Shown here: positions 9,057 to 18,960 of the stretch, in pieces
Layout: each line of letters opens with the position of its first letter
Position numbering within the stretch: the first letter of the stretch is position 1
Source: Thermodesulfobacteriota bacterium
Lineage (GTDB): Bacteria > Desulfobacterota > Desulfobulbia > Desulfobulbales > SURF-16
DNA: 64,000 nt
NCBI GenBank assembly: GCA_040755455.1
Contig: JBFMAY010000018.1
Coordinates: 1-64,000, forward strand
Direction of reading: 5' to 3'
The notes under the pieces: generated by a model
Told to the model about the DNA's origin: nothing
Database searches by the model: none
Seen by the model: the letters and a program-made list of their open reading frames with translations, nothing else
Position numbers and translations under genes: made by a program

Positions 9057-10222
9057 GAAGTCTTCCTGCTCTCCCCCTGCTCTCCTTGCTGCTGCTGGCT
9101 GGCCAGGACGGCCTGGCTGACGATTTTAGCGTCATACCCAAGGCCTCGATTCGCGAAGAGTATAATGACAACATCTTTTTCAGTGAGGATACCGAGAAGG
9201 ATCCCGCGCAGGATGATTTTATTACTACCGCGTCGCTGGGACTGGAAATGCGGGAGCGCACGGAATTGCTGACGGCAAATCTGGCAACGCGGATTGACGG
9301 ACTGGCCTATGCAGATTACAACGAGTTAAACGACATAGAAGAGTATTATAAAGGGAGCCTCGCGTATCAGCTGACCCAGTTCTTGAAACTGTCTGCTGAT
9401 GCCGGTTACTCCGTCGATTCCCGTGCGGATCGCGATCTAGATGTTACCGGCTTCACCAGCGATGTCGACGTCAGGAGGCGACAGGACTACGCCTGTGCCG
9501 CTGATTTTCAGGCCTCGGAAAAAACCTCTCTTTTCACCTCGTACTCTTATCAGGACGATCAGTTTGAAACAAATGACATGGACGAGTTCACCGGGCAGAA
9601 TGTCCTGGCCGGCCTGACCCGCAGTCTAGACTTGACGAAACCAACCGCAGCCAGGCTCTATGGACGTTATAGCCATTATGATTTTTACAGCTCTCTGGTG
9701 GATAATTACAGCGTGACCGTTGGCTTGAGCCGGCAGTTCAGTGAAAAATTAAGTTATGTTTTTGATATCGGCCCCAGGTATACTGAGGGCAGCGATAAGA
9801 GAACGAGCGATACCGCATACGACAGCGGTTTGGGCGGACAGTTCACCCTGACCTATCAAGAGGAATTGACCACCGCGGAAATGAATATTTTCCATGAAGT
9901 GAGCGGATCAAGCGGCCGTGACGGCGCCACCGAGCGGACCGGCCTGGTCCTTGCCCTCAAACACCGCATCGGGGAGCGGTCTTCGGTGCGGTTGGGCATT
10001 GACAGTTACCTGAATAAGGCTGACCGCGATGCGGCTTTTGTCAGCGATTTCAATGAGCTGTCCACGACGCTGACTCCCTCGTTGCATTATGAGTTCAACC
10101 CGCTGATTTTGTGTGAGGCGTCATACCGCTATACCGTTATTGAGGACCGGGAGGCTGATCACGAAAGACATCGCAATCTGGTGTTTGTCAAGTTGACCTA
10201 TAAATATCCTGTCGTTGAGTAG
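9053..10222 (+). CDS. outer-membrane beta-barrel of the EPS locus (EpsX/VpsM-like)
   Basis: Signal peptide, EEYNDNI motif, alternating aromatic/polar beta-strands, C-terminal strand VKLTYKY; overlaps the OPX stop (ATGA). Confidence 0.75.
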   Translation: MRSLPALPLLSLLLLAGQDGLADDFSVIPKASIREEYNDNIFFSEDTEKDPAQDDFITTASLGLEMRERTELLTANLATRIDGLAYADYNELNDIEEYYKGSLAYQLTQFLKLSADAGYSVDSRADRDLDVTGFTSDVDVRRRQDYACAADFQASEKTSLFTSYSYQDDQFETNDMDEFTGQNVLAGLTRSLDLTKPTAARLYGRYSHYDFYSSLVDNYSVTVGLSRQFSEKLSYVFDIGPRYTEGSDKRTSDTAYDSGLGGQFTLTYQEELTTAEMNIFHEVSGSSGRDGATERTGLVLALKHRIGERSSVRLGIDSYLNKADRDAAFVSDFNELSTTLTPSLHYEFNPLILCEASYRYTVIEDREADHERHRNLVFVKLTYKYPVVE

Positions 10223-10299
10223 GGGATGGCTTGAGCGGCCTTATCCAGCCCAATGACGATGAAGATCTTTAGTTATGCATACAGTTGAAAGGAGAGCAG

Positions 10300-11862
10300 A
10301 TGGAAGAGCACGAAATGTCGCCGAATGATTATCTGGCGGTTCTGAAGCGTCGTAAATGGAGCATGGCTCTGCCGGCGCTCATTGTGATGCTGATTTCTGC
10401 GGCTGTTGCCTTGCTCCTGCCGCCGGTTTATAAATCTGTTTCGACAATTTTGATTGAAGAGCAGGAAATTCCCGCCAATTTCGTCATGTCCACGGTGACC
10501 AGTTACGCAGAGCAGCGCCTGCAGTCAATCCACCAGCGGATCATGAGCACCAGCCGTCTCCTGGAAATAATCACCCGTCTCGATCTCTACAAGGATTTGC
10601 GGGAAAAGGCGACAACGGAAGAAGTTATCGATAAGATGCGGGAGGATATCAGCCTTGATTACATAAGCGCGGAGGTTGTCGACCGGAAAACCGGTCGCCC
10701 AGCCACGGCCACCATCGCCTTTACCCTGTCCTATGAGGCCAAGGACAACCCGGCCACGGTGCAGAAGGTCGCCAATATCCTCGCCTCGCTGTTTCTCGAG
10801 GAAAACCTGCAGGTGCGCGAGCGGCAGGCCATGGAGGCAACGTCCTTTCTTGGGGATGAGCAGAAAAAGGTAAAGAAGAGTCTGGATGAGATTGAGCAGA
10901 AAATTGCCGAATTCAAGCAGGAGCATATCAATGAGCTGCCGGAAGTGCTGCAGGTGAATCTGCAGAGCCGCCATAACGTCCAGACCGCCAAGGAAAAACT
11001 CAGCGAACAGCTCCGATCGTTAAAGGAAAGGGAAGGAGGTCTGCTGTCTGAACTTGCCAACCTTTCCCCCAAAATGGAGATGGAGGACGTCAGACGGCTT
11101 GAAAGCCTGAAGCTTGAATTGACCAGCCTGGAGACGCGTTTTACTGAGCAGTATCCTGATGTGATTAAAACCAGACAGGAAATTGAGAAGCTCACCGAGA
11201 AGATATCTGCCGGAGAGAAAGGAAATCACGGGGCCATGCCTGATAATCCGGCCTACATCAATCTCTCCTCCCAACTCGCCAGTGTTCAGGCCGAGATAGA
11301 TTCAGTGCGGCGGCAGTATGCTGATCTGCAGAAAAACGAGAACAATTTAAATAAATGGATTGAAGCAACTCCCCGGGTCGAGGAGACATATAATGCCCTT
11401 CTTTCCGAACGGCGGAACAGGCAGACGAAATTTGACGATCTGTCCCAGAAGCTGATGGAGGCCAATGTTGCCTATGGCCTGGAAAAGGATCAGAAAGGTG
11501 AACGTTTTACCCTGATTGATCCGGCAAGGTTGCCGGAAAAGCCTGATAAACCGAACCGGCTGGCCATTCTGCTCATCGGCATTGTTCTCGGTGTCGGGGC
11601 GGGAGTTGCCGGGGCAGCCTTGATGGAATTCAGTGATCAATCGGTGCGCAAGTCGGAAACCCTGGTCAGGGAAACATCTTTTCCGGTACTGGCGGCCATT
11701 CCGCGGATCAGCTGCGCAGAAGACATGCAGCAGCATGAGTTCCGCAGGAGATGGGTGGTTCTGCTGCTGCTCGGTGTCCTGCTGGTTGCCGTCCTGGCAT
11801 TTCATTTTCTCGTCATGGACCTGAATGTTTTCTGGGCCAAACTGATGCGCCGGATGATGTGA
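10300..11862 (+). CDS. polysaccharide co-polymerase / chain-length determinant (GumC/Wzc N-terminal type)
   Basis: Two TM segments around a long coiled coil, YPDV and DPARLPEKP.KPNR motifs, extra C-terminal TM. Confidence 0.9.
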   Translation: MEEHEMSPNDYLAVLKRRKWSMALPALIVMLISAAVALLLPPVYKSVSTILIEEQEIPANFVMSTVTSYAEQRLQSIHQRIMSTSRLLEIITRLDLYKDLREKATTEEVIDKMREDISLDYISAEVVDRKTGRPATATIAFTLSYEAKDNPATVQKVANILASLFLEENLQVRERQAMEATSFLGDEQKKVKKSLDEIEQKIAEFKQEHINELPEVLQVNLQSRHNVQTAKEKLSEQLRSLKEREGGLLSELANLSPKMEMEDVRRLESLKLELTSLETRFTEQYPDVIKTRQEIEKLTEKISAGEKGNHGAMPDNPAYINLSSQLASVQAEIDSVRRQYADLQKNENNLNKWIEATPRVEETYNALLSERRNRQTKFDDLSQKLMEANVAYGLEKDQKGERFTLIDPARLPEKPDKPNRLAILLIGIVLGVGAGVAGAALMEFSDQSVRKSETLVRETSFPVLAAIPRISCAEDMQQHEFRRRWVVLLLLGVLLVAVLAFHFLVMDLNVFWAKLMRRMM

Positions 11863-11987
11863 AGTCGGCCGGAGTCAGCGAGCATGCCCATGCAAGAGAC
11901 AGTATAGTCGTCTGAAGAGGCTATGACCTCGGATGTAACATTCTTCATTCCGGCCAGGTTGGATGGGCCGGCTTAAGAGATGGATAT

Positions 11988-12815
11988 ATGAAACTACGAA
12001 AAGCCCTTGATAAAGCAAATAAGGAACGGCAGGAAAATTTTGGGGATGCGCCTGAAGAGATGGATGAACTGCAGGGCTTTGATGGTGACGTGCCGGAACC
12101 TGTTGCGCCTCTGAAGGGTGGTGTCTGGCAGGCGCCCGTGTATTCAGAATCTGTGTCGGTGAGGCTTGATCCGCAAAAGCTGATAAAAAATCGCTGCATC
12201 TGTATTTCCTCTGATGCCCCGGAACTCGATGCATTCAAGGTGTTGCGGACCCAGATCCTGCAACGCACCAGAGAGCAGGGCATGAACACCATTATGGTGA
12301 CCAGCGTCAAGCCGGGAGAGGGGAAGACGGTGACCGCCATCAATCTGGCCCTGACCTTTGCCAGGGAATATCAGCAGACGGTCCTGCTGGTTGACTGCGA
12401 CCTGAAAAAACAGGATATCCACCATTATCTTGAATTTTCCAGCGACAGGGGCCTGATTGACTACCTGGAATATGACATGCCTTTAAAAGACTTTATCATT
12501 TGGCCGGGAATTGAGAAACTGACCCTGATTTCCGGGGGCCGAACCGTATCGGACAGCACGGAGCTGCTCGGTTCGCCGAAGATGAAGAAGTTGCTGGCGG
12601 AAATGAAAAACCGCTATGATGACCGTTATGTTATCCTTGACGTTCCGGCAGTCCTCGATGGAGCTGATGCCATGGTTTTTGCCCCGCTGGTGGACGGTAT
12701 TGTCATGGTGGTGGAAAAAGGCGTCACATCGCTCAGTGATGTCAAAAAGGCTGTGGAGCTGATGCCCAGGGAGAAATTCCTCGGCTTTGTACTCAACGAT
12801 CGTAGCGGGGCGTAA
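11988..12815 (+). CDS. BY-kinase (CpsD/CapB family)
   Basis: FKVLRTQI, Walker A SVKPGEGKT, A' LLVDCD, B VILDVP, GFVLN. Confidence 0.88.
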   Translation: MKLRKALDKANKERQENFGDAPEEMDELQGFDGDVPEPVAPLKGGVWQAPVYSESVSVRLDPQKLIKNRCICISSDAPELDAFKVLRTQILQRTREQGMNTIMVTSVKPGEGKTVTAINLALTFAREYQQTVLLVDCDLKKQDIHHYLEFSSDRGLIDYLEYDMPLKDFIIWPGIEKLTLISGGRTVSDSTELLGSPKMKKLLAEMKNRYDDRYVILDVPAVLDGADAMVFAPLVDGIVMVVEKGVTSLSDVKKAVELMPREKFLGFVLNDRSGA

Positions 12816-12903
12816 CCGTTATTTATTTGCTGGCATGCAGGCCGGCAATTGATGCCGACGCTCTCTTATCCATCTTTACTTTCCGGCAAAGCCGCTTCCG
12901 CCT

Positions 12904-14103
12904 ATGTATGAAAAGTTTTACGGTCTTTCCGAAAAACCGTTCCATATTGTCCCTAATCCCCATTTTCTCTATCTCAGCGCCAAGCATCAGCATGCCCTGA
13001 CCTATCTTGAGTACGGCATCCGCGAGGGGATGGGCTTTATCCTGCTCACCGGGGAAATCGGCACCGGCAAGACAACCCTTATCCGCCATATGCTGAATCA
13101 CATCGAGGCGGAAATCGAGGTGGCGGTGATCTTTAACACTAATGTAACCGCCAACCAGCTGCTCAGTCTGATACTCCAGGAATTTGAACTGGAAGCCGAT
13201 GGGGCGGATAAGGCAAGAAATCTTGACCGGATCTATCAGTTTCTCATCCAAAAATATGCAAGGAGGAGCCGGGTTCTGCTGATTATTGATGAGGCCCAGA
13301 ACCTGTCGGACGAGGTGTTGGAAGAGGTGCGCATGCTTTCCAACCTGCAGGCCGATGACACCCTGTTGCTGCAGATCATGCTGGTCGGCCAGCCGGAGTT
13401 GAAGGCCAAACTGAAAAGGCCCGGACTTGCCCAGCTCACCCAGCGTATCGCGGTCAATTATCACCTGATGCCGTTGAACAGAGAGGAGACAGGGGTCTAC
13501 ATCGCCTCGCGGCTGGAGAAGGTGGGAGGTGATCCTGAGCTGTTCAGCCAGGAAGCGGTGGAAGAAATTTACCGTGCCTCAAACGGTACGCCGCGCTCGA
13601 TCAACCTGCTCTGTGATTCGGCCCTGGTCTATGGTTTTGCCGACGAGCTGCAAAGGATAGATAAGGATGTTGTTCTGCAGGTTCTTGCAGATAAAGGCGA
13701 TCTTGCCTGGGTGATGGAACCCCAGGCTGCTGTAACGCCACTGCCTGCCCAGGATGAAGCCGTCCGCCACGAATTTGCCGAACTGGCCCAGCGGATGGCG
13801 ACTTTGGAGAAGCAGGTGCAGGAGCTCCGTTTCCAGCTCTCCCTGCAGCATGAGGAGTTGGAAAGACATGGCGGGGGATTTAAGGATGAGATCGTCCGTC
13901 AGCTTACCGTTCAGCTTGAGCAGGAGCGCAAAAAAAGCGAGAAATTGCTGCTCGAGTACGGTCGGGTCAAGGAACGGCTGCGGTGGCTGGAAGGGGGCAG
14001 CGCCATGCCGCCGGACTCCGCCGCCACTGATGCCTCGGATGCCAAGCCGTCCGCTTCTGGTAAAAAGGCAAAAAAAACTTCCTGGTTTTCATTTCGTTTT
14101 TAG
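12904..14103 (+). CDS. ExeA-family AAA ATPase (PEP-CTERM/EPS locus type) with C-terminal coiled coil
   Basis: MYEKFYGLSEKPF, GEIGTGKTT, IIDEAQNL, LVGQPEL, GTPRSINLLCD. Confidence 0.88.
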   Translation: MYEKFYGLSEKPFHIVPNPHFLYLSAKHQHALTYLEYGIREGMGFILLTGEIGTGKTTLIRHMLNHIEAEIEVAVIFNTNVTANQLLSLILQEFELEADGADKARNLDRIYQFLIQKYARRSRVLLIIDEAQNLSDEVLEEVRMLSNLQADDTLLLQIMLVGQPELKAKLKRPGLAQLTQRIAVNYHLMPLNREETGVYIASRLEKVGGDPELFSQEAVEEIYRASNGTPRSINLLCDSALVYGFADELQRIDKDVVLQVLADKGDLAWVMEPQAAVTPLPAQDEAVRHEFAELAQRMATLEKQVQELRFQLSLQHEELERHGGGFKDEIVRQLTVQLEQERKKSEKLLLEYGRVKERLRWLEGGSAMPPDSAATDASDAKPSASGKKAKKTSWFSFRF

Positions 14104-14205
14104 GAGCTGTTACGAAATAACCGCCTCATTTTTGAGCATTTCGTTACGGCTCCTGATGCCATCTCTGACAACAGACGATGTATTATTTTATTGCAACGGT
14201 TTAGC
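14103..14205 (+). repeat. intergenic repeat element copy 2
   Basis: GGAGCTGTTACGAAAT-N19-ATTTCGTTACGGCTCC-N29-TTATTTTATTGCAACGGTTTAGC. Confidence 0.8.
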
Positions 14206-14213
14206 AAGCTTTC

Positions 14214-14891
14214 ATGGGCTTTTCTCTTTCTTCTTCAACGCAACCAGGCGGCATTCCATTGCTTTTTCTGCCCGGCTGGGGTTTTGATGCCCGGCTGGTC
14301 AAGCTGTATCGTTTGTTTGCCGGCCGATGCCTGATTCTGCCCGAATCCTTTGTTGATCCTGCCTGTTTTGCCGTTGAACTGCAGGCCTTTTTGCAGAGCG
14401 AGAACATAGCAAAAATTGCCATAGTGGGCTGGTCCATGGGGGCCCAGATCGGGCTGGACTTCTGCCTGGCCCATGCCCATCTGGTGGCGCAACTTGATCT
14501 TGTTGCCATGCGCAGCCGCTGGCCGCCGCCAGAGATTGCCGCGATCCGCACCGCAATTGCTGCGGATTTGCCGGGATATATGCGGGGCTTTTACCGGAAA
14601 TGTTTTTTAGGATACAAAAAGTCGTTTCATGATTTTGTTCTTGCCCTGCAGGATGATTATCTGCGGAAACTGGACAGGGAAATTCTTGTGGCAGGGCTTG
14701 ATTATTTGCAGAACTTTACCCCCCCGGCCCGTGTGCCGGGGGCAGTCGCTGTGCGTATGATTCATGGCCGCCAGGATGTGGTGGCGCCAGTAGGGGAAAT
14801 GGTGCGGCTTGCCGGCGCAGCCTGTGAAGTTTTTCCCCATGCCGGCCACATGGTGCTGCTTGACCTTCAGAAGAAACATCAGGATGACTGA
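14214..14891 (+). CDS. bioH: alpha/beta hydrolase, pimeloyl-ACP methyl ester esterase-like
   Basis: LPGWG, GWSMG nucleophile elbow, HG.QD, AGH; directly upstream of bioC-bioD. Confidence 0.75.
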   Translation: MGFSLSSSTQPGGIPLLFLPGWGFDARLVKLYRLFAGRCLILPESFVDPACFAVELQAFLQSENIAKIAIVGWSMGAQIGLDFCLAHAHLVAQLDLVAMRSRWPPPEIAAIRTAIAADLPGYMRGFYRKCFLGYKKSFHDFVLALQDDYLRKLDREILVAGLDYLQNFTPPARVPGAVAVRMIHGRQDVVAPVGEMVRLAGAACEVFPHAGHMVLLDLQKKHQDD

Positions 14892-15681
14892 AGAGAGAAA
14901 AAAGGCGATTTGCCGGCGTTTTTCCAAGGCGGCGGCAACCTATGACGAGTATGCCCTGGTGCAGAAGGAAAGCGCCGTCAGGCTTGCCACATGCCTGCCG
15001 GAGAATTTTTCTGCCGTCCAGATACTGGAAATTGGCTGCGGAACCGGCAATTATACGGCAAAGCTTGCGGCGCGCTTCCCCCAGGCGCATCTCACGGCCC
15101 TGGATTTTTCCGCTGCCATGGTCGAGCAGGCCGGCAAGAAATGTCTGGCCCATGCCGCCGTTTCTTTTCGGTGCGAAGACGGGGAGCAATTTCTGGCCCA
15201 AAACAGGCGGCAGTTTGATCTGATCACCAGCAATGCCACTATGCAGTGGTTTGATGATCTGCCCCGGGCCTTTTCCCATGTGGCACGAAGCCTCGCTCCA
15301 ACCGGCATTTTTCTCGCCTCGCTTTTTGGCCCGCTAACCCTGCATGAGCTGGCGGCAGCGCTGGCCGAAGTTGTTGATGAATCAGCGCAATTGCCGGCCG
15401 GGCAATTCCCGGACGGGGTAAAACTCCAGCAGCAGCTTCGCCCATGCTTTGGCCGGGTGGAAATAGCGGAAGGCATCTACCGGCGGAGTTATTTGTCCTT
15501 GCAGGACCTTTTCCGCCACATCAGAAAAACCGGCACCGGCGGCTACCATTCCACCCTGCCGTTGTTGACCAGGGGCAGGCTGAAAGGACTTGATGAGTGG
15601 TTCTGCCGTCACGGAGGCTTTGCGGTGTCCTATCAGGTTTTTTTTGTCATAGCAGCCATGCCCAAACAGGAGCAAAAATGA
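14884..15681 (+). CDS. bioC: malonyl-ACP O-methyltransferase
   Basis: FSKAAATYD..A.VQ, LEIGCGTG, SNATMQW, IRKTGT. Confidence 0.88.
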   Translation: MTEERKKAICRRFSKAAATYDEYALVQKESAVRLATCLPENFSAVQILEIGCGTGNYTAKLAARFPQAHLTALDFSAAMVEQAGKKCLAHAAVSFRCEDGEQFLAQNRRQFDLITSNATMQWFDDLPRAFSHVARSLAPTGIFLASLFGPLTLHELAAALAEVVDESAQLPAGQFPDGVKLQQQLRPCFGRVEIAEGIYRRSYLSLQDLFRHIRKTGTGGYHSTLPLLTRGRLKGLDEWFCRHGGFAVSYQVFFVIAAMPKQEQK

Positions 15682-16412
15682 TGAGGCAACCCATGGCCGC
15701 CAATGCCGTCTTTATTACCGCAACCGGAACCGGGGTGGGGAAAACCCTTGTCAGCTCCCTGCTCCTCGGTTTTCTGCGGAAACAGGGGGTAAAGGCAGGG
15801 TACCAGAAATGGGTCAGCACCGGGGGCGCGATGCCCGAGGACCTGCTCTATTGCCTGCGAAAAAATGATATGGAGTTTGCCCGGGGGCAACTTGACCGCC
15901 AGGTTGTCTATCGTTTCCTCCTGCCGGCTTCCCCGCATCTGGCCGCTGAAAATGAGGGCAGGCAGATTGATCCCGGGCGCATAAATGAGGCATTTGGCCA
16001 ATCTGCCAAAGAATATGATGTGCTGGTGGTGGAGGGGGTCGGCGGGGTGCTGGTGCCGCTGCGCCGTGATCTGCTGCTGGCGGATTTCCTCACCGGCCTG
16101 CAGTTGCCGTCCCTTATTGTGGCCCACAGCGGGCTGGGCACCATCAATCATACCCTGTTGACCATTGAGGCCATGCGGCAAAGGGACTTGCCCGTGCTTG
16201 GCGTGGTATTTTCCGATGAACAAGAGGGGATGGCGGTGGATGATCCGCTGGTGGCTGATAATATGCGGACCATAGCTGACATGGCCGGGGTGGAGGTTTT
16301 CGGCCGGTTGTTGCGCCTTGCTGATTACACCCTGCTAGAGAAGGCCTTTCAGCCGGTCGGGCAAGCGATCTGGCAGAGATTGCCTTGGCTGGCAGAGGCG
16401 CAGCAAAGATAG
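15678..16412 (+). CDS. bioD: dethiobiotin synthase
   Basis: T.TGVGKT, PASPHLAA, VEGVGG..VPL, LGTINHTLLT. Confidence 0.92.
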   Translation: MMRQPMAANAVFITATGTGVGKTLVSSLLLGFLRKQGVKAGYQKWVSTGGAMPEDLLYCLRKNDMEFARGQLDRQVVYRFLLPASPHLAAENEGRQIDPGRINEAFGQSAKEYDVLVVEGVGGVLVPLRRDLLLADFLTGLQLPSLIVAHSGLGTINHTLLTIEAMRQRDLPVLGVVFSDEQEGMAVDDPLVADNMRTIADMAGVEVFGRLLRLADYTLLEKAFQPVGQAIWQRLPWLAEAQQR

Positions 16413-16453
16413 GCGAAGCGGCTCTGCCAGCTTTGTGTTGCCGAGGTTTTTCG

Positions 16454-16666
16454 CTAACCTCTTTTCTCCGGGACGCCGAGGGCCTTGAGGATCAGGCCCA
16501 GGGGGCAGATCTTCGAGAAGCCGAACTGCAGGAGATTGGCGCCGACAAAGGCGGTGAACCAGAGCCAGTATGTGCTTATGAAAACAGGGCTGGCCTCCAC
16601 CCCCAGGGCTAGACTCAGCAGGATGAAAAAACCTGCAATGGCATGGATCCAGTCTGTGACAATCAT
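16454..16666 (-). CDS. DUF2892 / YgaP-like small membrane protein
   Basis: 70 aa, two TM segments, W.WFTAFVGANLLQ..F...CP signature. Confidence 0.85.
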   Translation of the reverse strand: MIVTDWIHAIAGFFILLSLALGVEASPVFISTYWLWFTAFVGANLLQFGFSKICPLGLILKALGVPEKRG

Positions 16667-16811
16667 GATGTTCTCCTTCCTCTTGTTTCACGCTGTGGGT
16701 GAGTTTTTTTAAAGACCAACCCCACTGCCTGGGCATTGGTGTTGTCCTGAAATCGGCCGGCACAAAGTAGAACCGTTAGAGCCGTAAAAGAAATTTCCTC
16801 CGATTCTCAGG

Positions 16812-17606
16812 TTATTTGTGGACTTCCCGTGGCGGTTTGCGCAGGTACTGCTCGGTAAAGATGGATGGATCAAGGGCAAGATCATAGGTGATATTGGTAA
16901 ATTCCGTAACCGTTTCACCGCCGCTGGTGAAATCCTGCACCCTGGATTTGGTCACGGTGGGATGACCCTGGATATCCTCGACTTCCAATGCCTCAATAAC
17001 CCGGTATGGCTTATCTGCCTTGTCGGCGTATTCCGCCTTCATGGGCAGATAGGTCTTTTTGTCAATCCAGAGCCGGTAGGAAGAAAACTCCACTGAAACG
17101 GGATCCTTCGGGGTATTCTTCACAATATAAAATTTTTCCCCATCTTCCTGCAGCGCATGGTTGTCATCGTTGACGCGGCGGCCGGTGATATCTTCATAAA
17201 AGCAATGCGAGCCCATGAAACTGGTCCGTTTATCCGAGGAGGCAATCCTTTTTACCTCATCAAGGTCGGGGAGGTACAGCCAGCGGACATCATCTTTGTC
17301 CGTATATTTGTGGACGAGCAAAACGGTTTTGCGGATATCGCCGGGCTTTCTGAAGAAGACATAGAACTGCTGATTGCCGCCATCCTTGTCATCACGGCGC
17401 AGCATGACAAATTCCCGGTTCCCGGTTCGGCCCTGGGAGTCTGTAATGGTCATGGCAACAAGCGCTTTGCCGTCTTTGCCTGCATAATAGGCAGCCTTAT
17501 TGGCCTTATCTACGATCTCATCAACATTCGGCGCAGCATATGCCCATGTTGCAGCAGAGAAGAAAATGGTTGCCAGGGGAAGAAAGGAAAATTTCTTGTT
17601 CATCAT
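16812..17606 (-). CDS. LolA-like outer-membrane lipoprotein-sorting family protein
   Basis: Signal peptide; P.DIR...L, WLYLP.L..VKRIASSDK..SFMGS.F.YED motifs. Confidence 0.82.
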   Translation of the reverse strand: MMNKKFSFLPLATIFFSAATWAYAAPNVDEIVDKANKAAYYAGKDGKALVAMTITDSQGRTGNREFVMLRRDDKDGGNQQFYVFFRKPGDIRKTVLLVHKYTDKDDVRWLYLPDLDEVKRIASSDKRTSFMGSHCFYEDITGRRVNDDNHALQEDGEKFYIVKNTPKDPVSVEFSSYRLWIDKKTYLPMKAEYADKADKPYRVIEALEVEDIQGHPTVTKSRVQDFTSGGETVTEFTNITYDLALDPSIFTEQYLRKPPREVHK

Positions 17607-17772
17607 TGGTGCTCCTCTGTTAATTTGTCTTTCGTTGTTCATTTTTGAAAAGCAATTTTTGCTGGAGTGTCAGGATCGCCCGGGGCAATGGCCAGGGGGC
17701 AAGGACCTGGGATGTGTTTGCCTGCTTCTGCAGCGGTCATTTAACCGGAAGCGGGTGGGAACGGGGCAGTCG

Positions 17773-18066
17773 CTAACCGATGGCCTCCTGGCAGAAAAGA
17801 GTGCGCAGGATTTGCATCAGCTGCAGGATGCGCGGGTCATTAATGCGGTTATAGATAAAGTTGGCGTCTTTGCGGAAGGAGATAATCCCCTGGTTGCGCA
17901 ATATGGACAGATGCTGTGAAACATTGGCATTTGTTGTCTTTACTTCTGCGCGGAGATCGCCCACGGTCATTTCCCGGTCCTGCAGCAGGCAGAGAATTTT
18001 CAGTCTGATGGGATGGGACATCGTTTTCAGCAGTCCGGCAATGGATTCAATATGTTCAGTTTGCAT
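17773..18066 (-). CDS. ArsR-family regulator, BigR/SqrR/YgaV-like
   Basis: LLKTMSHPIRLKILCLL...VSQHLSILR...LFC; has both the alpha2 and alpha5 cysteines. Confidence 0.85.
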   Translation of the reverse strand: MQTEHIESIAGLLKTMSHPIRLKILCLLQDREMTVGDLRAEVKTTNANVSQHLSILRNQGIISFRKDANFIYNRINDPRILQLMQILRTLFCQEAIG

Positions 18067-18153
18067 TGGCTAGCCGATAATGAAATGTTTAATTAGCTAA
18101 TTTTATTTCTTTTTGGTGGCCCTCATGTAAAGAGTGGGCTTTTTAGAAAATCA

Positions 18154-18945
18154 TTATATGCTTAAGCTTACTTTGGTGTCCAGCCCAAGTTTTAATTTTT
18201 CAGCAGCATTTCCCTGGTAGATGCCGATCTCGAGCAGGTCACGGCTGCCGAATAGGGCAACCGGCCTGTCAATGGCCACCGCACTGTACGCCGTGGCGAC
18301 CCCGTGGATTGTCAATGCGCCAACCCTCACCCGCAGGTTTTGAAAGTTAGCGGAACAGAATCGGCTGGCGACCTCTCTGCTGATATTGGTGATGAGGTTG
18401 CCGAAGTGGTCGATGTCCGTCACCGTCCCGCACAGGGTGGTGCCGCAAAGTGAGGGAGCCGGCGAGGCAAGGCTGACCAGTGATTCCCGGGCGATTTCAG
18501 GTCCGGTGCCGTGGGGCGGGAAGTTGCAGGCAAGATGGGCCGCCACCGGGGCGAAGATATCCCGGCCATGAAAGGTGTGGCTGACCGGTGCAAGAAACAG
18601 GTCGCTGTTGCTTACCGCGTAAACCTTGCCGGTTTGCGGGAAGAGAAGACTTGTCACACCGTTATCCGGCGCCAAGAAAAGATGGCCGCGGGCTTCGCGC
18701 AGGATGATGCGGCGGCTGCCGCCCACCCCTGGGTCAACCACCACAACATGGATGGTGCCCGGCGGGAAATAGCTGAATGCCGAGGCAATAATCTGTGCCG
18801 CCTGCCGTACATCCTGGGGCCTGATACCGTGGGTGATATCCACAATCCTTGCGGCAGGGCACCTGCTGTAAATAACTCCTTTCATAACCCCGACATATTC
18901 GTCGCGTAAGCCGAAATCTGTGGTTAATGTTATCAGCGGCGTCAT
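18154..18945 (-). CDS. SAM hydroxide adenosyltransferase (DUF62; chlorinase/fluorinase family)
   Basis: TDFG, VVDPGVG..RR, APDNG, TFHGRDIFA, DHFGN. Confidence 0.9.
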   Translation of the reverse strand: MTPLITLTTDFGLRDEYVGVMKGVIYSRCPAARIVDITHGIRPQDVRQAAQIIASAFSYFPPGTIHVVVVDPGVGGSRRIILREARGHLFLAPDNGVTSLLFPQTGKVYAVSNSDLFLAPVSHTFHGRDIFAPVAAHLACNFPPHGTGPEIARESLVSLASPAPSLCGTTLCGTVTDIDHFGNLITNISREVASRFCSANFQNLRVRVGALTIHGVATAYSAVAIDRPVALFGSRDLLEIGIYQGNAAEKLKLGLDTKVSLSI

Positions 18946-18960
18946 GGTCTGCGGTTCCTG

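Noticed and set aside
5850..14103. Calling the locus a complete PEP-CTERM/exosortase system
   Set aside because: No exosortase, PrsK/PrsR or PEP-CTERM tail is visible in the window.
18154..18945. Halogenase (fluorinase/chlorinase) interpretation
   Set aside because: The Asp/Arg/His pattern (VVDPGVG..RR, TFHGRD) and housekeeping context fit the common DUF62 SAM hydrolase.
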